The notes under the pieces are model-generated. The model had not been told where the DNA came from. It was given only the letters and a program-made list of their open reading frames with translations, and made no database searches. From Methanotrichaceae archaeon (lineage in GTDB: Archaea > Halobacteriota > Methanosarcinia > Methanotrichales > Methanotrichaceae), in contig CAVVKN010000023.1 in NCBI GenBank assembly GCA_963748825.1, forward strand, positions 64,001 through 128,000: a stretch of 64,000 nucleotides of DNA. Direction: 5' to 3'. The position numbers and the translations under genes are program-made. Position 1 is the first letter of the stretch. The number at the start of each line of letters is the position of its first letter. This document shows, piece after piece, positions 53,372 to 64,000 of the stretch.

Positions 53372-54674
53372 TCATAAAACCTTTTGCTTTATCCTTGGCT
53401 TTCCTAAAAAGCGGCCATAGCCTGCAGAAACCTGGAAATCTCCATCGTAGACCACGTTGCCCCGAACAATTGTCATTTGGGGAAAGATGGCATCTCTTCC
53501 CTGGAAGGGCGTCCAATCTGCCCGACTGTGCAGACCGATCGGCATTTATTTGCGAGATGGACTTGGGGTCGACAATCACCAGATCGGCGTCCTTGCCTAT
53601 CTCGATGGAGCCCTTGCCGGCCAGGCCATAGATGCGAGCAGGCCTCGCAGCCATTGCATCCACCAGCCTCTCCAGGCTGATCAGGTTTCTTTTCACAGCA
53701 ACGAGCATCAAGGGCAGCATGGTCTCCACGCCCGGCACCCCCGCCGGCGCCTCCCAGATGTCCTCTTCTTTCTCCTCGGGCAGGTGCGGCGCATGATCCG
53801 AGGCCAGAATATCGATCGTACCGGAGCGCAGGCCCTGCCAGAGGGCGTCGTTGTCCGCCTGGCTTCTCAGGGGCGGATTCATCTTCAAGTAGGAGCCCTG
53901 TTTTTTGTAGTCCTTGATGTTGAGCAAGAGATGATGGGGTGTCGCCTCGCTTGTCACCTTTCTTCCGCCTCTCTTGGCCTGGGCTACCTTTTCCAGCCCA
54001 TGGGCCGAGCTGAGGTGGCAGATGTGCAGACGATCCGATAAGGCCAGGGATTTCTCTATGGCCACCGCCTCGGCTGCGGCAGGCCGCGCCTGCGAATAAA
54101 CCTCAGGATCATGCCGGCCCAAGAGTGGAGCGGTCTTCTCTTTTATGATCAATCCATCCTCGGCATGAAGGCTGGCCAGCATTCCCGCCCGCCCAGCTTC
54201 TACAAGGATTTTCTGAAGCGTTTCATCGCTGTGCTCATAGGAAAAGATCTCGCCTATGGCCGCCGCCCCGGCTGCCGCCAGCTCATCGATATTTCCAGGC
54301 CCCCCATTGAGGCAGAAGTCTACCATAGAACGATGTCGGGCAATATCCAGCTTCTCTGCAAAGGAGCGGGCATCCAGCGTGCGGGGAATGGTGTTGGGCT
54401 GGTCGATTACCGTGGTCACGCCTCCCGCTGCTGCCGCAGCCGAGCCGCTGGCCCAGTCCTCTTTGTAGTTGGGCCCCGGATCGCGGAAGTGTACATGGGC
54501 ATCGATGGCACCGGGCAGGACCAGCATGCCTCTCGCGTCGATTCTCTCCTCGGCCCGGTGCGCTCCACCCAGCGCTGCGATATGACCATCTTTGATCCAG
54601 ATGTCTATGCTCATTTGCCCAATAGCTGTGAAAACCCGGCCGTTTTTTACAACCAGATCAAAGTTTATATCCAA
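53372..54674 (-). CDS. pyrC: Dihydroorotase with a C-terminal single-base frameshift
   Basis: PGAIDAHVHFRDPG, HAED, HICH, ATPHH, MNPPLR, SDHAPH; conserved tail WTPFQG...TIVRG lies in a shifted frame after about 53534. Confidence 0.9.
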
Positions 54675-55140
54675 ACCTCCTCAGGAGCTTGCGCCTCTCC
54701 CCCACCTGGGCCGGCGTCTCCGCCCCACGGGGAGAAAAGCCATCGATGACGCCCATAATTCCCCTACCAAGCTCTGTCTCGGCCACGACCACCTGCAAGG
54801 GATTGGCTGTGGCGCAGAAGATGCCGCAAACCTCCTGCACGGCCTTGACGGCATTCAAGACGTTGATAGGAAAAGCCCCTTTCATCAGCACCACAAAAGT
54901 ATGGCCACAGGCCAGGGCCAGAGAATTCTGTCTGGCCGCCTCGATGAGGCTTTCGTCATTGCCCTCCGTGCGCACCAGGCAGTCGCCGCTGGCCTCGGAG
55001 AAAGCGACGGCGAACTTCGCGGCCGGGATTGTGCCCGCCATTACCTCATAGATATCCTCAGCCGTTTTGATAAAGTGGCTCTGCCCTAAAATCAGGTTCG
55101 CTCCATCGGGAATTTTTATATCTACGATCTTTAGCTCCAT
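54658..55140 (-). CDS. Adenosine-specific kinase family protein (DUF355)
   Basis: NLILGQSHFIKTAED, FSEASG, ATANP, GVIDG, RRFGYK. Confidence 0.88.
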   Translation of the reverse strand: MELKIVDIKIPDGANLILGQSHFIKTAEDIYEVMAGTIPAAKFAVAFSEASGDCLVRTEGNDESLIEAARQNSLALACGHTFVVLMKGAFPINVLNAVKAVQEVCGIFCATANPLQVVVAETELGRGIMGVIDGFSPRGAETPAQVGERRKLLRRFGYKL

Positions 55141-55301
55141 TCTTCCATTCCTCGAAGATGACTAATGTCCTGCTGCAGACTTATACTTTAGGGAGATGAG
55201 AACTTTGAGATGCAGGTTGAAGATGCAGGATTTAAAAAGCGTTTTAAAAAAGGAGCGAAATGGGGCGCACCTACGGCCGCCTCGCTTGACCTAAATGCTC
55301 A

Positions 55302-55586
55302 TCACTTATTGCGAAGTCCCTTCTTCGGCCCCACTGATTGCTTTGCCAACTGCTTGCTCTTCCTGGTAATAAGTGATGATGTGATATAGTACACCACTAT
55401 GAACAAGATGGCTGAATATATCGCCATGCTGATCGATTCCACGATGTTTAAATTTAGCAAGAAGTAGGAATATGGGATGTATATCAACAGAACCAGGATA
55501 CCGGCAATGAATGCCTGTTGCATCAGTGTATACTGCCGAAAACGCAAAATAAGCTCTGCATAGTTTAAATTTGGAAAATTCACCAC
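55302..55586 (-). CDS. Small membrane protein
   Basis: Two TM segments and basic tail; overlaps the upstream gene. Confidence 0.6.
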   Translation of the reverse strand: MVNFPNLNYAELILRFRQYTLMQQAFIAGILVLLIYIPYSYFLLNLNIVESISMAIYSAILFIVVYYITSSLITRKSKQLAKQSVGPKKGLRNK

Positions 55587-56479
55587 GGATCCTTCACCTC
55601 ATCTACTTTTAGCATCCCTTTTCTGTTCATATAAAGCCTTGTCCACCAGAGATTGGATAGGGGCGCTATAACCAGCAGATTCACTATGCCAGTGATCGCT
55701 GAGAGGGGCTCGCTTTCTGCCCCTCCGCCCGTGGAAAATGCGCCGCCGATCATCTGCAGGCCCAAAGATAAAGCTGCCACTACCAGCCAGAGAATTATTA
55801 CATCAAACTTGTTATACCGGAAAAAATTTGTGGATGCCAAAACGGCCTGCACGGGACCCAGGCCCTGCACAACCAGAACATAAGGCGTCGTTGCCAGGAT
55901 CACAGACAGAGCAAGGGCATAAAGGATGAACAGGAGCAGGCCCACGACCATCAGGCCCATCGCCTGTGGATCCGCTTGCAATGACAGCGTCCCCTGCGCC
56001 AGGGCCGGCAGAAGGAAGACCAGGCCGACCAGTGTCAGGAGTCCCATCAGCAGGGTTGCCAGGAACATATTAAAGAAATACTTCTTTCCAGCAGACCACA
56101 TGGCACTCGTATCCGATTTTCCTTTCTCCAGAGCCTGCCTGGCCATGCCGATGGCCCCGGCTGTGAAGAATGCATTGACCAAAGACAAGAGCACGACCAG
56201 CACCAGGAAGAGTACTGCGATCTGCAGGATCTTGTCCATCTCAAGGCTACCCAAAGATCCTTGCATCTGAGCCAGCAGCTCTTGCATATCCTCAACATTT
56301 TGTAGCAGCAAAGTCGCATTCATGCTCTCCGTGGGCAGAGAGGTTATAAAGAAGGCTGCCAGAAATGGCACCAAGATCAGCATGGAGACAAAGATGCTGA
56401 GCAGGAAGGGAATACATAGGTTTAAGTTGTCCCTCCAGACGGCAAATCCCTTGCCGATCATCGCTCCAATTTCTTCCAT
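55580..56479 (-). CDS. Multi-pass membrane protein
   Basis: About six TM segments; operonic with the PUA gene. Confidence 0.7.
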   Translation of the reverse strand: MEEIGAMIGKGFAVWRDNLNLCIPFLLSIFVSMLILVPFLAAFFITSLPTESMNATLLLQNVEDMQELLAQMQGSLGSLEMDKILQIAVLFLVLVVLLSLVNAFFTAGAIGMARQALEKGKSDTSAMWSAGKKYFFNMFLATLLMGLLTLVGLVFLLPALAQGTLSLQADPQAMGLMVVGLLLFILYALALSVILATTPYVLVVQGLGPVQAVLASTNFFRYNKFDVIILWLVVAALSLGLQMIGGAFSTGGGAESEPLSAITGIVNLLVIAPLSNLWWTRLYMNRKGMLKVDEVKDPW

Positions 56480-56482
56480 TCT

Positions 56483-56971
56483 TCATTCCTCCAGCTCATT
56501 CCAGATCGCATCGCCCACGTGGTGTAGCGACTTGACCGCCTTCCCCTCACCCTTCATATCCGTTCCCGCTACTAGGGCCCGGCCTATGGCCAGAGGCTTT
56601 TGATGCCTCACCTCTACTATTACCACCAGGTCGCCTACGGCTATCTCCGGATCGGCAGAGACTATGCCAGGCTTCATGATGTCCGCCCCATTCACCACAA
56701 AACGCACCGCGCCCGCATCTACAACTACCAGCCTCTTCTTCGGCATAAGTTCGATGGCTCCGAGCACGGTGAAGAAGGGCTGCTCTTCCACAATCATCAT
56801 CAAAGGCCGGCCATCTACGAAGATGAGATCTACGCCCTCGTCGCTTATCGCCATCTCTAGCGATGATCGGCGCAGGCGAGATGGGTCGTCCAGTAAGGGC
56901 TCTATCTTTGCAATTACCTTCCGAGCGTCGCTCCCCCTGAGATGATGCCTGGATTTTATCTTCATGCACAA
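56483..56971 (-). CDS. PUA-domain RNA-binding protein
   Basis: VVVDAGAVRFVVNGADIMKPGI, AIGRA, HHVGD. Confidence 0.92.
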   Translation of the reverse strand: MCMKIKSRHHLRGSDARKVIAKIEPLLDDPSRLRRSSLEMAISDEGVDLIFVDGRPLMMIVEEQPFFTVLGAIELMPKKRLVVVDAGAVRFVVNGADIMKPGIVSADPEIAVGDLVVIVEVRHQKPLAIGRALVAGTDMKGEGKAVKSLHHVGDAIWNELEE

Positions 56972-57056
56972 CAGAATATCCCGATAGGTTTAAATATGCA
57001 ACGAGCACGTTTGGAATTTGAAGCCTTTTGCGGTTATCAATGCTGGAGAGAGGTTA

Positions 57057-57275
57057 ATGGGTCAGAGACCGCTTGATATTCTGAATGAATCACTGAATGG
57101 ACCTGTCATAGTTAAGCTAAAGGACGGAAGGGTCTTTCGGGGAGAGCTGCAGGGTTATGATATACACATGAACCTAGTGCTCGAAAAAACTGAAGAAGTG
57201 GCAGAAGGGGCGGTCGCACGCAAGATTGGAACTGTGATCGTGCGAGGAGATAACGTAGTATATATTTCACCGTGA
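57057..57275 (+). CDS. Sm-like (Lsm/SmAP1) protein
   Basis: [22 protein letters not shown]. Confidence 0.95.
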   Translation: MGQRPLDILNESLNGPVIVKLKDGRVFRGELQGYDIHMNLVLEKTEEVAEGAVARKIGTVIVRGDNVVYISP

Positions 57276-57285
57276 GGTATTCTAG

Positions 57286-57462
57286 ATGACAAAAGGTACT
57301 CCTTCTATGGGCAAGCGCCACAAGAGTTCGCATATCCGATGCAGACGCTGTGGCAGCATATCGTTCAATTTCAAGAGAAAAGTATGTGTTCACTGCGGCT
57401 TTGGTAATTCATCCAAGCTACGAATGGGAAGTCACAAGTGGATGAGAAAGGCAGATTACTAG
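57286..57462 (+). CDS. rpl37e: 50S ribosomal protein eL37 (absent from the ORF track)
   Basis: Translated by hand: [23 protein letters not shown]...CVHCGFG, 58 aa; canonical lsm-rpl37e-purF order. Confidence 0.96.
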   Translation: MTKGTPSMGKRHKSSHIRCRRCGSISFNFKRKVCVHCGFGNSSKLRMGSHKWMRKADY

Positions 57463-57473
57463 AGGCATAAAAG

Positions 57474-58892
57474 TTGCACGATGCCTGCGGCGTTGTCGGG
57501 ATTTCCTTCAATGAGACGGGCAATAATGTAGCCAAATCCATTTACTATGCCCTCTATGCCCTGCAACACAGGGGACAGGAGGCAGCCGGCATCTCGGTAC
57601 ATGACGGCAAGGCCATACGCACCCATCGGGGCATGGGCCTTGTCTCAGAAGTATTCGATGATGCCCAAATCGCGCTGCTGCGTGGCCAGGTGGGCATTGG
57701 TCATGTCCGATATCCCACATCCGGCCGATCGTGCATAGAAAACAGCCAGCCTCTGCTGGTAAAATTCAAAGATGGAGCTATTGCCATAGCCCATAATGGT
57801 AATCTGGTGAATTCCTGCCAGCTCCGGGAGCACCTGGAGCAAGCAGGAGACATCTTCTATTCTACCTCGGACACCGAGGTTATAGCTCACCTTTTTGTAA
57901 AAGAGCTTCTGCGTTATGATCTGCAGGAAGCAGTGCGTGCCTTGATGCGAAAGCTTGTGGGCTCCTACTCGCTCGTCTTTCTCTGGGGGGACACCGTCCT
58001 CGCCGTGCGCGATCCTCTGGGCATCAAGCCCCTGTGCATAGGCGAGATCGATTCAGGTATTATGGTGGCCTCGGAGAGTGCCGCCATAGATACTCTGAAT
58101 GGACGGCTCATTCGCGATGTTATGCCCGGCGAACTGGTGGTTATGAGGCACGGCGAGATGAAGTCGTATCAACTAGCCCGCCTTCCCCATCAGGCGCACT
58201 GCATATTCGAGTACATTTACTTCGCAAGGCCAGACAGCATCATGGACGGTCGCCTGATTTACGAGGTACGGGTGAACATCGGAGCCAATCTGGCACACGA
58301 GCATCCGGCTGATGCGGACACCGTCACGCCCATTCCCGACTCTGGGATTACTTTGGCCGTGGGCTACCATCAGCACTCTGGGATCAGCTACCGGGAGTGC
58401 TTGATGAAGAACCGCTACATCGGCCGAACCTTCATCATGCCCGATCAGAACATGCGAGAGACCGCCGTACGCCTGAAGATGAATACCATACGGCCCAATA
58501 TCGAGGGACATAAGCTGGTCTTGGTGGACGATTCAATCGTGCGCGGCACCACCAGCCGCAGGATCGTGGACATGGTCAGAAAGGCCGGGGCAGAAAAGGT
58601 GCATGTGCGCATAGGCAGCCCGCCCATCATGGCACCCTGCTATCTCGGCATCGACATGGCCAGCCGCGAGGAGCTCATTGCCGCCTACAAGACGGTGGCT
58701 GGAGTAGAGGCCGTGATCAACGCCGACTCCCTGGGCTACGTGAGCCACAAGGGCCTGGTGGATGCCGTGGGCATACCCAAGGAGAACCTTTGCATGGGAT
58801 GCCTGACAGGGCTTTATCCTGTGGAGATACCAGGCGAGAAGTGCATGGCGGCGCAGACGAAGCTCTCGGAATATCTCGATACCAACTATTGA
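57474..58892 (+). CDS. purF: Amidophosphoribosyltransferase
   Basis: CGVVG, QHRGQE, GHVRY, HNGNL, CIFEYIYFARPDS, VDDSIVRGTT. Confidence 0.98.
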   Translation: MHDACGVVGISFNETGNNVAKSIYYALYALQHRGQEAAGISVHDGKAIRTHRGMGLVSEVFDDAQIALLRGQVGIGHVRYPTSGRSCIENSQPLLVKFKDGAIAIAHNGNLVNSCQLREHLEQAGDIFYSTSDTEVIAHLFVKELLRYDLQEAVRALMRKLVGSYSLVFLWGDTVLAVRDPLGIKPLCIGEIDSGIMVASESAAIDTLNGRLIRDVMPGELVVMRHGEMKSYQLARLPHQAHCIFEYIYFARPDSIMDGRLIYEVRVNIGANLAHEHPADADTVTPIPDSGITLAVGYHQHSGISYRECLMKNRYIGRTFIMPDQNMRETAVRLKMNTIRPNIEGHKLVLVDDSIVRGTTSRRIVDMVRKAGAEKVHVRIGSPPIMAPCYLGIDMASREELIAAYKTVAGVEAVINADSLGYVSHKGLVDAVGIPKENLCMGCLTGLYPVEIPGEKCMAAQTKLSEYLDTNY

Positions 58893-59077
58893 TAATATCA
58901 TCCCATTTCCCTTTCTCCCATTTGAATCAGTTCAGTCAGCTAATTTTTCGATCATTTTGTCATATGGTTCGAAAGTTCATAATTCGGCTACATTATTGCT
59001 GCTTGATGCTGACTGATGCAGACTACCAAAAGTATTCAATATAACTTGGAAACAAAACTATATGTTGGTGGTGGGAT

Positions 59078-61549
59078 TTGGGTATAGATTCTATCATCGA
59101 TGTCGATGAAGCCAAGAAAGCATCGGTAGCCGATTTGATGAATAGTCTCTCATCAAGCGTGAGCGGCCTCTCTACATCAGAGGCAGAAGCAAGACTCCAG
59201 CAATACGGCCCAAACGAGATTTCGGAGAAAAAAATCAATCCGCTTATAAAATTCCTGGGCTATTTTTGGGGGACCATTCCCTGGATGATTGAGGCGGCAG
59301 CCATTCTTTCCGCAATACTGAGTCGCTGGGACGACTTTGCCATTATCTTCTTGCTTCTTCTCATGAACGGCGTGGTTGGCTTCTGGCAGGAGCATAAAGC
59401 CGACAATGCCATTGAGCTTTTGAAGAAGAGGCTTGCACCTACGGCCAGAGTCCAGAGAGATGGACAATGGAAAGCCCTACCCTCCGGTGAACTTGTGCCA
59501 GGTGATCTTGTTAGAATCCGTTTGGGTGAGATCGTTCCTGCAGACATCAAGCTCATTGAGGGCGATTTCCTCCAGGTAGACGAATCCTCCCTGACGGGTG
59601 AATCGCTGCCAGTGGAGAAAAAGGTCTCTGAGGTTGCTTTCTCCGGATCAATAGTTCGTCAGGGAGAGATGACCGCTCTGGTCTTTGCGACAGGGATGAA
59701 TACCTACTTCGGCCGCACTGCCAAGCTTGTAGAATTGGCCAAGACCCAGAGCCACTTTCAGAAGGCGGTAGTCAAGATTGGAGACTATCTGATCATTCTG
59801 GCCGTCGTCCTGGTGACCCTAATATTCATCGTAGCCACTCTGAGACATGAAAGCTTTCTGCAGACTTTGCAGTTCGCATTGGTGCTGGTGGTGGCCGCCA
59901 TACCCGCCGCCCTTCCTGCCGTTCTGTCCGTGACCATGGCAGTGGGTGCAATGGAACTCGCCAAGAAGGAGGCCATAGTGAGCAGGCTGGCAGCCATCGA
60001 AGAGATGGCCGGGGTGGATGTTCTCTGCTCAGATAAGACCGGCACCATAACTCAGAATGCCATTACGGTGGCTGAGGTAGTGCCCTTCGAGGGCTTCAGC
60101 GAGAAGGATGTGCTGCTGTTTGGCACCTTAGCCTCCCGAGAGGAGAACGGCGACCTCATAGATATCGCCATCATAAAGAAGAGCAAAGAAGAGCAGGTTG
60201 AACCAGGCAGCTACAAATTGGGCAAGTTCAAACCCTTCGATCCCGTTTCCAAGAGGACACAAGCCGAAATCGAGGGGCCACAAGGCAGTTTTAGGGTAGC
60301 CAAAGGTGCACCTCAGGCCATATTCTCATTAGTAGCAAATATTACTGTGGGCTCACCAGTTGACCAAAACGTAGAGACTTTCGCTTCCAAGGGCTACCGG
60401 GCTCTGGGCGTTGCCAGCACAAACTCCAAAGGAGCCTGGCGTTATGTGGGACTCATAGCCCTTCAAGATCCGCCCAGAGAAGACTCTGCAGAGACAATCA
60501 AGACCGCAAAGTCTCTCGGTGTCAGCATAAAGATGGTCACTGGCGATCATGTAGCCATAGCCAAAGAGATCGCTCAGATGGTGGGTCTGGGAACCAATAT
60601 CCGGCCCGCATCGGACTTCATCGACAAACCAGATGAAGAGGCCACCGATATCATCGAAAAGGCAGACGGTTTTGCGCAAGTATTTCCTGAGCACAAATTC
60701 AAGATAGTAGAGCTGCTTCAAGCCAGAGGCCACATTGTTGGCATGACTGGTGACGGGGTAAACGATGCACCTGCCTTGAAGAAAGCCGACGCAGGAATTG
60801 CAGTATCAGGAGCAACAGATGCCGCCAAGTCAGCTGCCGCGATAGTATTAACCAGACCGGGGCTCTCCGTCATCATTGACGCCATCAAAGAGAGCCGCAA
60901 GATATTCCGGCGCATGAACAGCTACGCCATTTACCGCATCGCTGAGACCATCAGAGTACTGTTCTTCATCACACTCTCAATAATCATTTTCAACTTTTAT
61001 CCGGTGACAGCAATCATGATAGTGTTGCTGGCTCTACTTAACGATTTTGCCATCATGTCCATAGCCTATGACCGGGCTGAGTATGCGCCCAAGCCGAGCC
61101 GTTGGGATATGACATCGGTGCTGAGCATGGCCACATTTCTAGGCCTGGTAGGTACAGTGTCCTCATTCTTATTTTTTTCCATTGGCATATCCATTCTGCA
61201 CCTCTCCCAGGATGTGCTCCAATCAATGATGTACCTCAAGCTCTCTGTTGCGGGGCATTTTCTCATATTTATTACCAGGACAAAAGGCCATTTCTGGTCC
61301 TACAGGCCGAGCAATATACTGCTGGCAGCCGTTTTGGGCACTCAGATAGTGGCAACCATTATCGCAGTCTATGGCCTGCTCATACCCTCGATAGGCTGGA
61401 AGCTTGCATTATTAGTATGGGCTTACGCCATGGTAGCCTTCGTTTTGACGGACTTCGCCAAGGTCTTCCTATTCAAACGGTTTGAGCGAGAGGTGAATAT
61501 CCTAGAGAAGGAGGCAGTAGTTATCGAAAAAGAGGTCGGAAAATTTTAG
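59078..61549 (+). CDS. Plasma-membrane proton-efflux P-type ATPase (type IIIA)
   Basis: TGES, IPAALP, CSDKTGT, KGAP, DPPR, TGDGVNDAPALK, IAYD. Confidence 0.93.
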   Translation: MGIDSIIDVDEAKKASVADLMNSLSSSVSGLSTSEAEARLQQYGPNEISEKKINPLIKFLGYFWGTIPWMIEAAAILSAILSRWDDFAIIFLLLLMNGVVGFWQEHKADNAIELLKKRLAPTARVQRDGQWKALPSGELVPGDLVRIRLGEIVPADIKLIEGDFLQVDESSLTGESLPVEKKVSEVAFSGSIVRQGEMTALVFATGMNTYFGRTAKLVELAKTQSHFQKAVVKIGDYLIILAVVLVTLIFIVATLRHESFLQTLQFALVLVVAAIPAALPAVLSVTMAVGAMELAKKEAIVSRLAAIEEMAGVDVLCSDKTGTITQNAITVAEVVPFEGFSEKDVLLFGTLASREENGDLIDIAIIKKSKEEQVEPGSYKLGKFKPFDPVSKRTQAEIEGPQGSFRVAKGAPQAIFSLVANITVGSPVDQNVETFASKGYRALGVASTNSKGAWRYVGLIALQDPPREDSAETIKTAKSLGVSIKMVTGDHVAIAKEIAQMVGLGTNIRPASDFIDKPDEEATDIIEKADGFAQVFPEHKFKIVELLQARGHIVGMTGDGVNDAPALKKADAGIAVSGATDAAKSAAAIVLTRPGLSVIIDAIKESRKIFRRMNSYAIYRIAETIRVLFFITLSIIIFNFYPVTAIMIVLLALLNDFAIMSIAYDRAEYAPKPSRWDMTSVLSMATFLGLVGTVSSFLFFSIGISILHLSQDVLQSMMYLKLSVAGHFLIFITRTKGHFWSYRPSNILLAAVLGTQIVATIIAVYGLLIPSIGWKLALLVWAYAMVAFVLTDFAKVFLFKRFEREVNILEKEAVVIEKEVGKF

Positions 61550-61619
61550 CAACACCGACTGTGTTGAATGAATTAAGAACAACACCGTTGTTCAGGCCGT
61601 CAGCGTCGCTACCAGTACT

Positions 61620-63383
61620 TCAGCTAGCGTTTGCTGTGCATTGGATTCTGGTTACGTCATCTAAAGCCAGCAAGCCAAGGATCTGGTCGGGATTATTTCT
61701 TGCCACAACCGGGAGCTGGCTGATGTGATTTACGATCATCTTATTCATCGCGTCAAATAGAGATTCGTCCGGATGGGTTACTACCAGCTTGGTGCTCATT
61801 ATATCTTTCACCGATGCTTGTGGTCGATCTTGGTGGATGCATCTTACTGCGTCCAGTTTAGCCACAATCCCCACGAGCTTGCCCTCATCTACCACCGGCA
61901 CGGCGTGAACCTCGTACCTTTCTAAGAGGTTGGCCACTTCATCCAGCGTCGACCGGGGGCTGATAATCGGTACGCTGCTGACCATCGCTTCTTTCACTTT
62001 AAGCGCCTTGAGGAGCATAACCGAGTACTCATGTCGATGGGCAGGCGACTCTGCCCTCACGTTCACCTGCTTCTCGTAGATGTAATTGTCTCCAGTGACG
62101 AAATAGGCTATGGAACAGGCCAGCATGCTGGGAATCAAGAGTGTATAATCCATGGTCATCTCGCTTACCATGATGATCACCGCCAGAGGAACTTTGGCGA
62201 TGCCTCCAAAGAGGGCCATCATGCCCACGATGACGAAGCCCGAAGGGGAGCTGGGAGTGATGGCTGGGTAGCTATGAAGGAGATTCCACAAGACGCCACC
62301 GGTCATTCCGCCGATTACCAAACCTGGAGCGAAAACACCGCCGCTGCCGCCCGACCCTATGGTCAGTCCGGTGGTCAGGATCTTGAAGACCGCCACCGCC
62401 AGCATGACCGTCACCGGCAAGGCGATGAAGTTGCCGTTGATGGCAAACTGCAGCCAGCCGTAGCTTGTGCCCAGGACTTGTGGCAGAAAGACGCCAATTA
62501 AGCCAACCATGAGCCCTCCAATGGCGGGCTTTATCCAGTTGGGAATTCCAGCGCTCTTGAATAGGTCTCTCAGGTAGTAGAAGCTGCGCCCGTACCCTAT
62601 GCCGACCAGTCCGCAGACAACGCCTAGGATAGAGTAGGAGATAAGCTCAGGAGCTCTGCTGAATGGCGGGACGATGCCGCTGCCGAATACCGGCGCCCAT
62701 CCGCTCCAGGAAGCGAAGATGCTGTAGCCCACAACGGATGCGATAAAGGACGGCAGAAGAGCTTCATACTCGAAATCGCGGCGGTAGAGGACCTCCATGC
62801 TGAGGATAGCACCACCCAAGGGTGCCTTAAAGATGGAGCCAATCCCGGCGCCGATCCCGGCAGCCACGGCAATGCGCCTGTCGGAATCAGACAGGTGGAA
62901 CAGATCCGCCAGGGCAGAGGCAATCCCGGCGGCTATTTGGGCGGTGGGGCCTTCTCTACCGGCACTGCCGCCGCTGCCTATGGTGATGGCGGATGCTACG
63001 GCTTTAACCACCGGCACACGGCGGCGAATGAAGCCTCCTTTATTGTGGAATGCATCTATGGCCGCGTCGGTCCCGTGCCCTTCCGCCTCCGGAGCAAAAT
63101 GAAAGACGATAAGCCCGCTCAGCAGCCCCCCGGCAGCCGTGAGGATGGGAAGAATCCAGGGCCTGGCCACGCCGGTAAATACGGTCGCACCCTCTCCGGT
63201 GGACGTGGGGGGAACGTATCCTGCAACAAGTCCGAGCAGGAGCTCTGTGGCTGTCGTTAAAGACCAATAGAAGATTATGGAACCCAGGCCTGCGGCAATT
63301 CCTATCAGTATGCTTAATGTGACCCATTTTCTGGTATAACTTGCGCGCGTGAGGTCGCAAAAGTTCTTGACTGCCGATTTCAT
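61620..63383 (-). CDS. ClC-family chloride channel/antiporter with two CBS domains
   Basis: GHG, GSAGREGPT, GGVFAP, IYEKQ; C-terminal CBS pair. Confidence 0.93.
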   Translation of the reverse strand: MKSAVKNFCDLTRASYTRKWVTLSILIGIAAGLGSIIFYWSLTTATELLLGLVAGYVPPTSTGEGATVFTGVARPWILPILTAAGGLLSGLIVFHFAPEAEGHGTDAAIDAFHNKGGFIRRRVPVVKAVASAITIGSGGSAGREGPTAQIAAGIASALADLFHLSDSDRRIAVAAGIGAGIGSIFKAPLGGAILSMEVLYRRDFEYEALLPSFIASVVGYSIFASWSGWAPVFGSGIVPPFSRAPELISYSILGVVCGLVGIGYGRSFYYLRDLFKSAGIPNWIKPAIGGLMVGLIGVFLPQVLGTSYGWLQFAINGNFIALPVTVMLAVAVFKILTTGLTIGSGGSGGVFAPGLVIGGMTGGVLWNLLHSYPAITPSSPSGFVIVGMMALFGGIAKVPLAVIIMVSEMTMDYTLLIPSMLACSIAYFVTGDNYIYEKQVNVRAESPAHRHEYSVMLLKALKVKEAMVSSVPIISPRSTLDEVANLLERYEVHAVPVVDEGKLVGIVAKLDAVRCIHQDRPQASVKDIMSTKLVVTHPDESLFDAMNKMIVNHISQLPVVARNNPDQILGLLALDDVTRIQCTANAS

Positions 63384-63603
63384 AATGGTGTCTTGTCGTC
63401 CTGCTGGTGGCTTCTGTAAACGTACAGCCTGCTAGGTAGCATGCTGCGGGTCATATCTCTCAGGGCACCCCCATGGGGCACTCATTCAACTCTGAACACA
63501 TTTCAAAATAGCCAATCGCTGACTTTGACTTCAAGCTATCGGTCCCCATCAAACGCCGATCGACACAATACTATTTAAGAAATTGGCCAAAATATTCTTG
63601 CTT

Positions 63604-64000
63604 ATGAAAGAGTTAAATCCTGGGATAGGCCGACTTGGAGCGGTTATAATATTTATTTTGGTAATAATCTTGATACAGTCAGCTCAGGCCTTTCCCCTAT
63701 ACGGCGGCAACGGAATAGTTAATGCGACAGTCTACTGTGTTATGAAATACGAATATGGTAATGGATTATATGTTGATATCTCAGCCAGTTATGTAGATGT
63801 ATACGACGTAGAGCTGATCGATAGCGATAATAACACATATAAAGGCAACAGCGCCCCCTACAGATCGACTCTGCATGGGTTCCCGACAGAGACAGAGTAT
63901 AAAGGATCTATCAGAGATATGCTCCTCTTCGACGTCCCTAAAGAGATCATCGTAAAGCGTCTTAGAATCGTGCCCTCTCACTCAGATTCCTTCTACATAA
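63604..64000 (+). CDS. Secreted hypothetical protein, truncated by the window end (absent from the ORF track)
   Basis: Open from ATG 63604 to the edge: MKELNPGIGRLGAVIIFILVIILIQSAQAFPLYGGNG... Confidence 0.65.
   Translation, partial: MKELNPGIGRLGAVIIFILVIILIQSAQAFPLYGGNGIVNATVYCVMKYEYGNGLYVDISASYVDVYDVELIDSDNNTYKGNSAPYRSTLHGFPTETEYKGSIRDMLLFDVPKEIIVKRLRIVPSHSDSFYI

Noticed and set aside
63384-63600. Fluoride riboswitch / CLC-F exporter
   Set aside because: No crcB-motif consensus was found, and the protein has canonical GREGP rather than CLC-F signatures
63781-63981. 66-aa minus-strand ORF at the window end
   Set aside because: It is antisense to a longer signal-peptide-bearing + strand ORF starting at 63604

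Overview
Archaeal methanogen chromosome segment, most consistent with Methanothrix (Methanosaeta)/Methanosarcinales. The evidence is aEF-2/aEF-1alpha/uS10, L37e, Lsm, archaeal RibC, methanogenesis marker 8 and many N-glycosylation-rich secreted proteins. Most of the window is housekeeping: fusA-tuf-rpsJ, tRNA-Arg(CCG), lysC-purM, cooC, nrdJ, trpBA, sufCB, lysA, ftsZ, argS, pyrC, purF, a P-type H+-ATPase and a ClC channel. Two AT-richer defence-like cassettes interrupt it: an XcyI/Cfr9I-type restriction-modification pair and an AAA ATPase + DUF4276 pair. The most striking items are: (i) a translationally coupled HTH / full-length but catalytically eroded DNA ligase / SPL-family radical SAM operon downstream of ftsZ; (ii) a collagen + 29-residue coiled-coil surface-fibre gene broken by a 121-bp MITE with a TAA target duplication; (iii) a 10-bp-phased array of four TRP-box-like sites upstream of trpBA. 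Single-base frameshifts in argS and pyrC suggest the assembly contains indel errors, so other frameshift calls need caution. All family assignments come from motif recognition by eye; no database searches were run.
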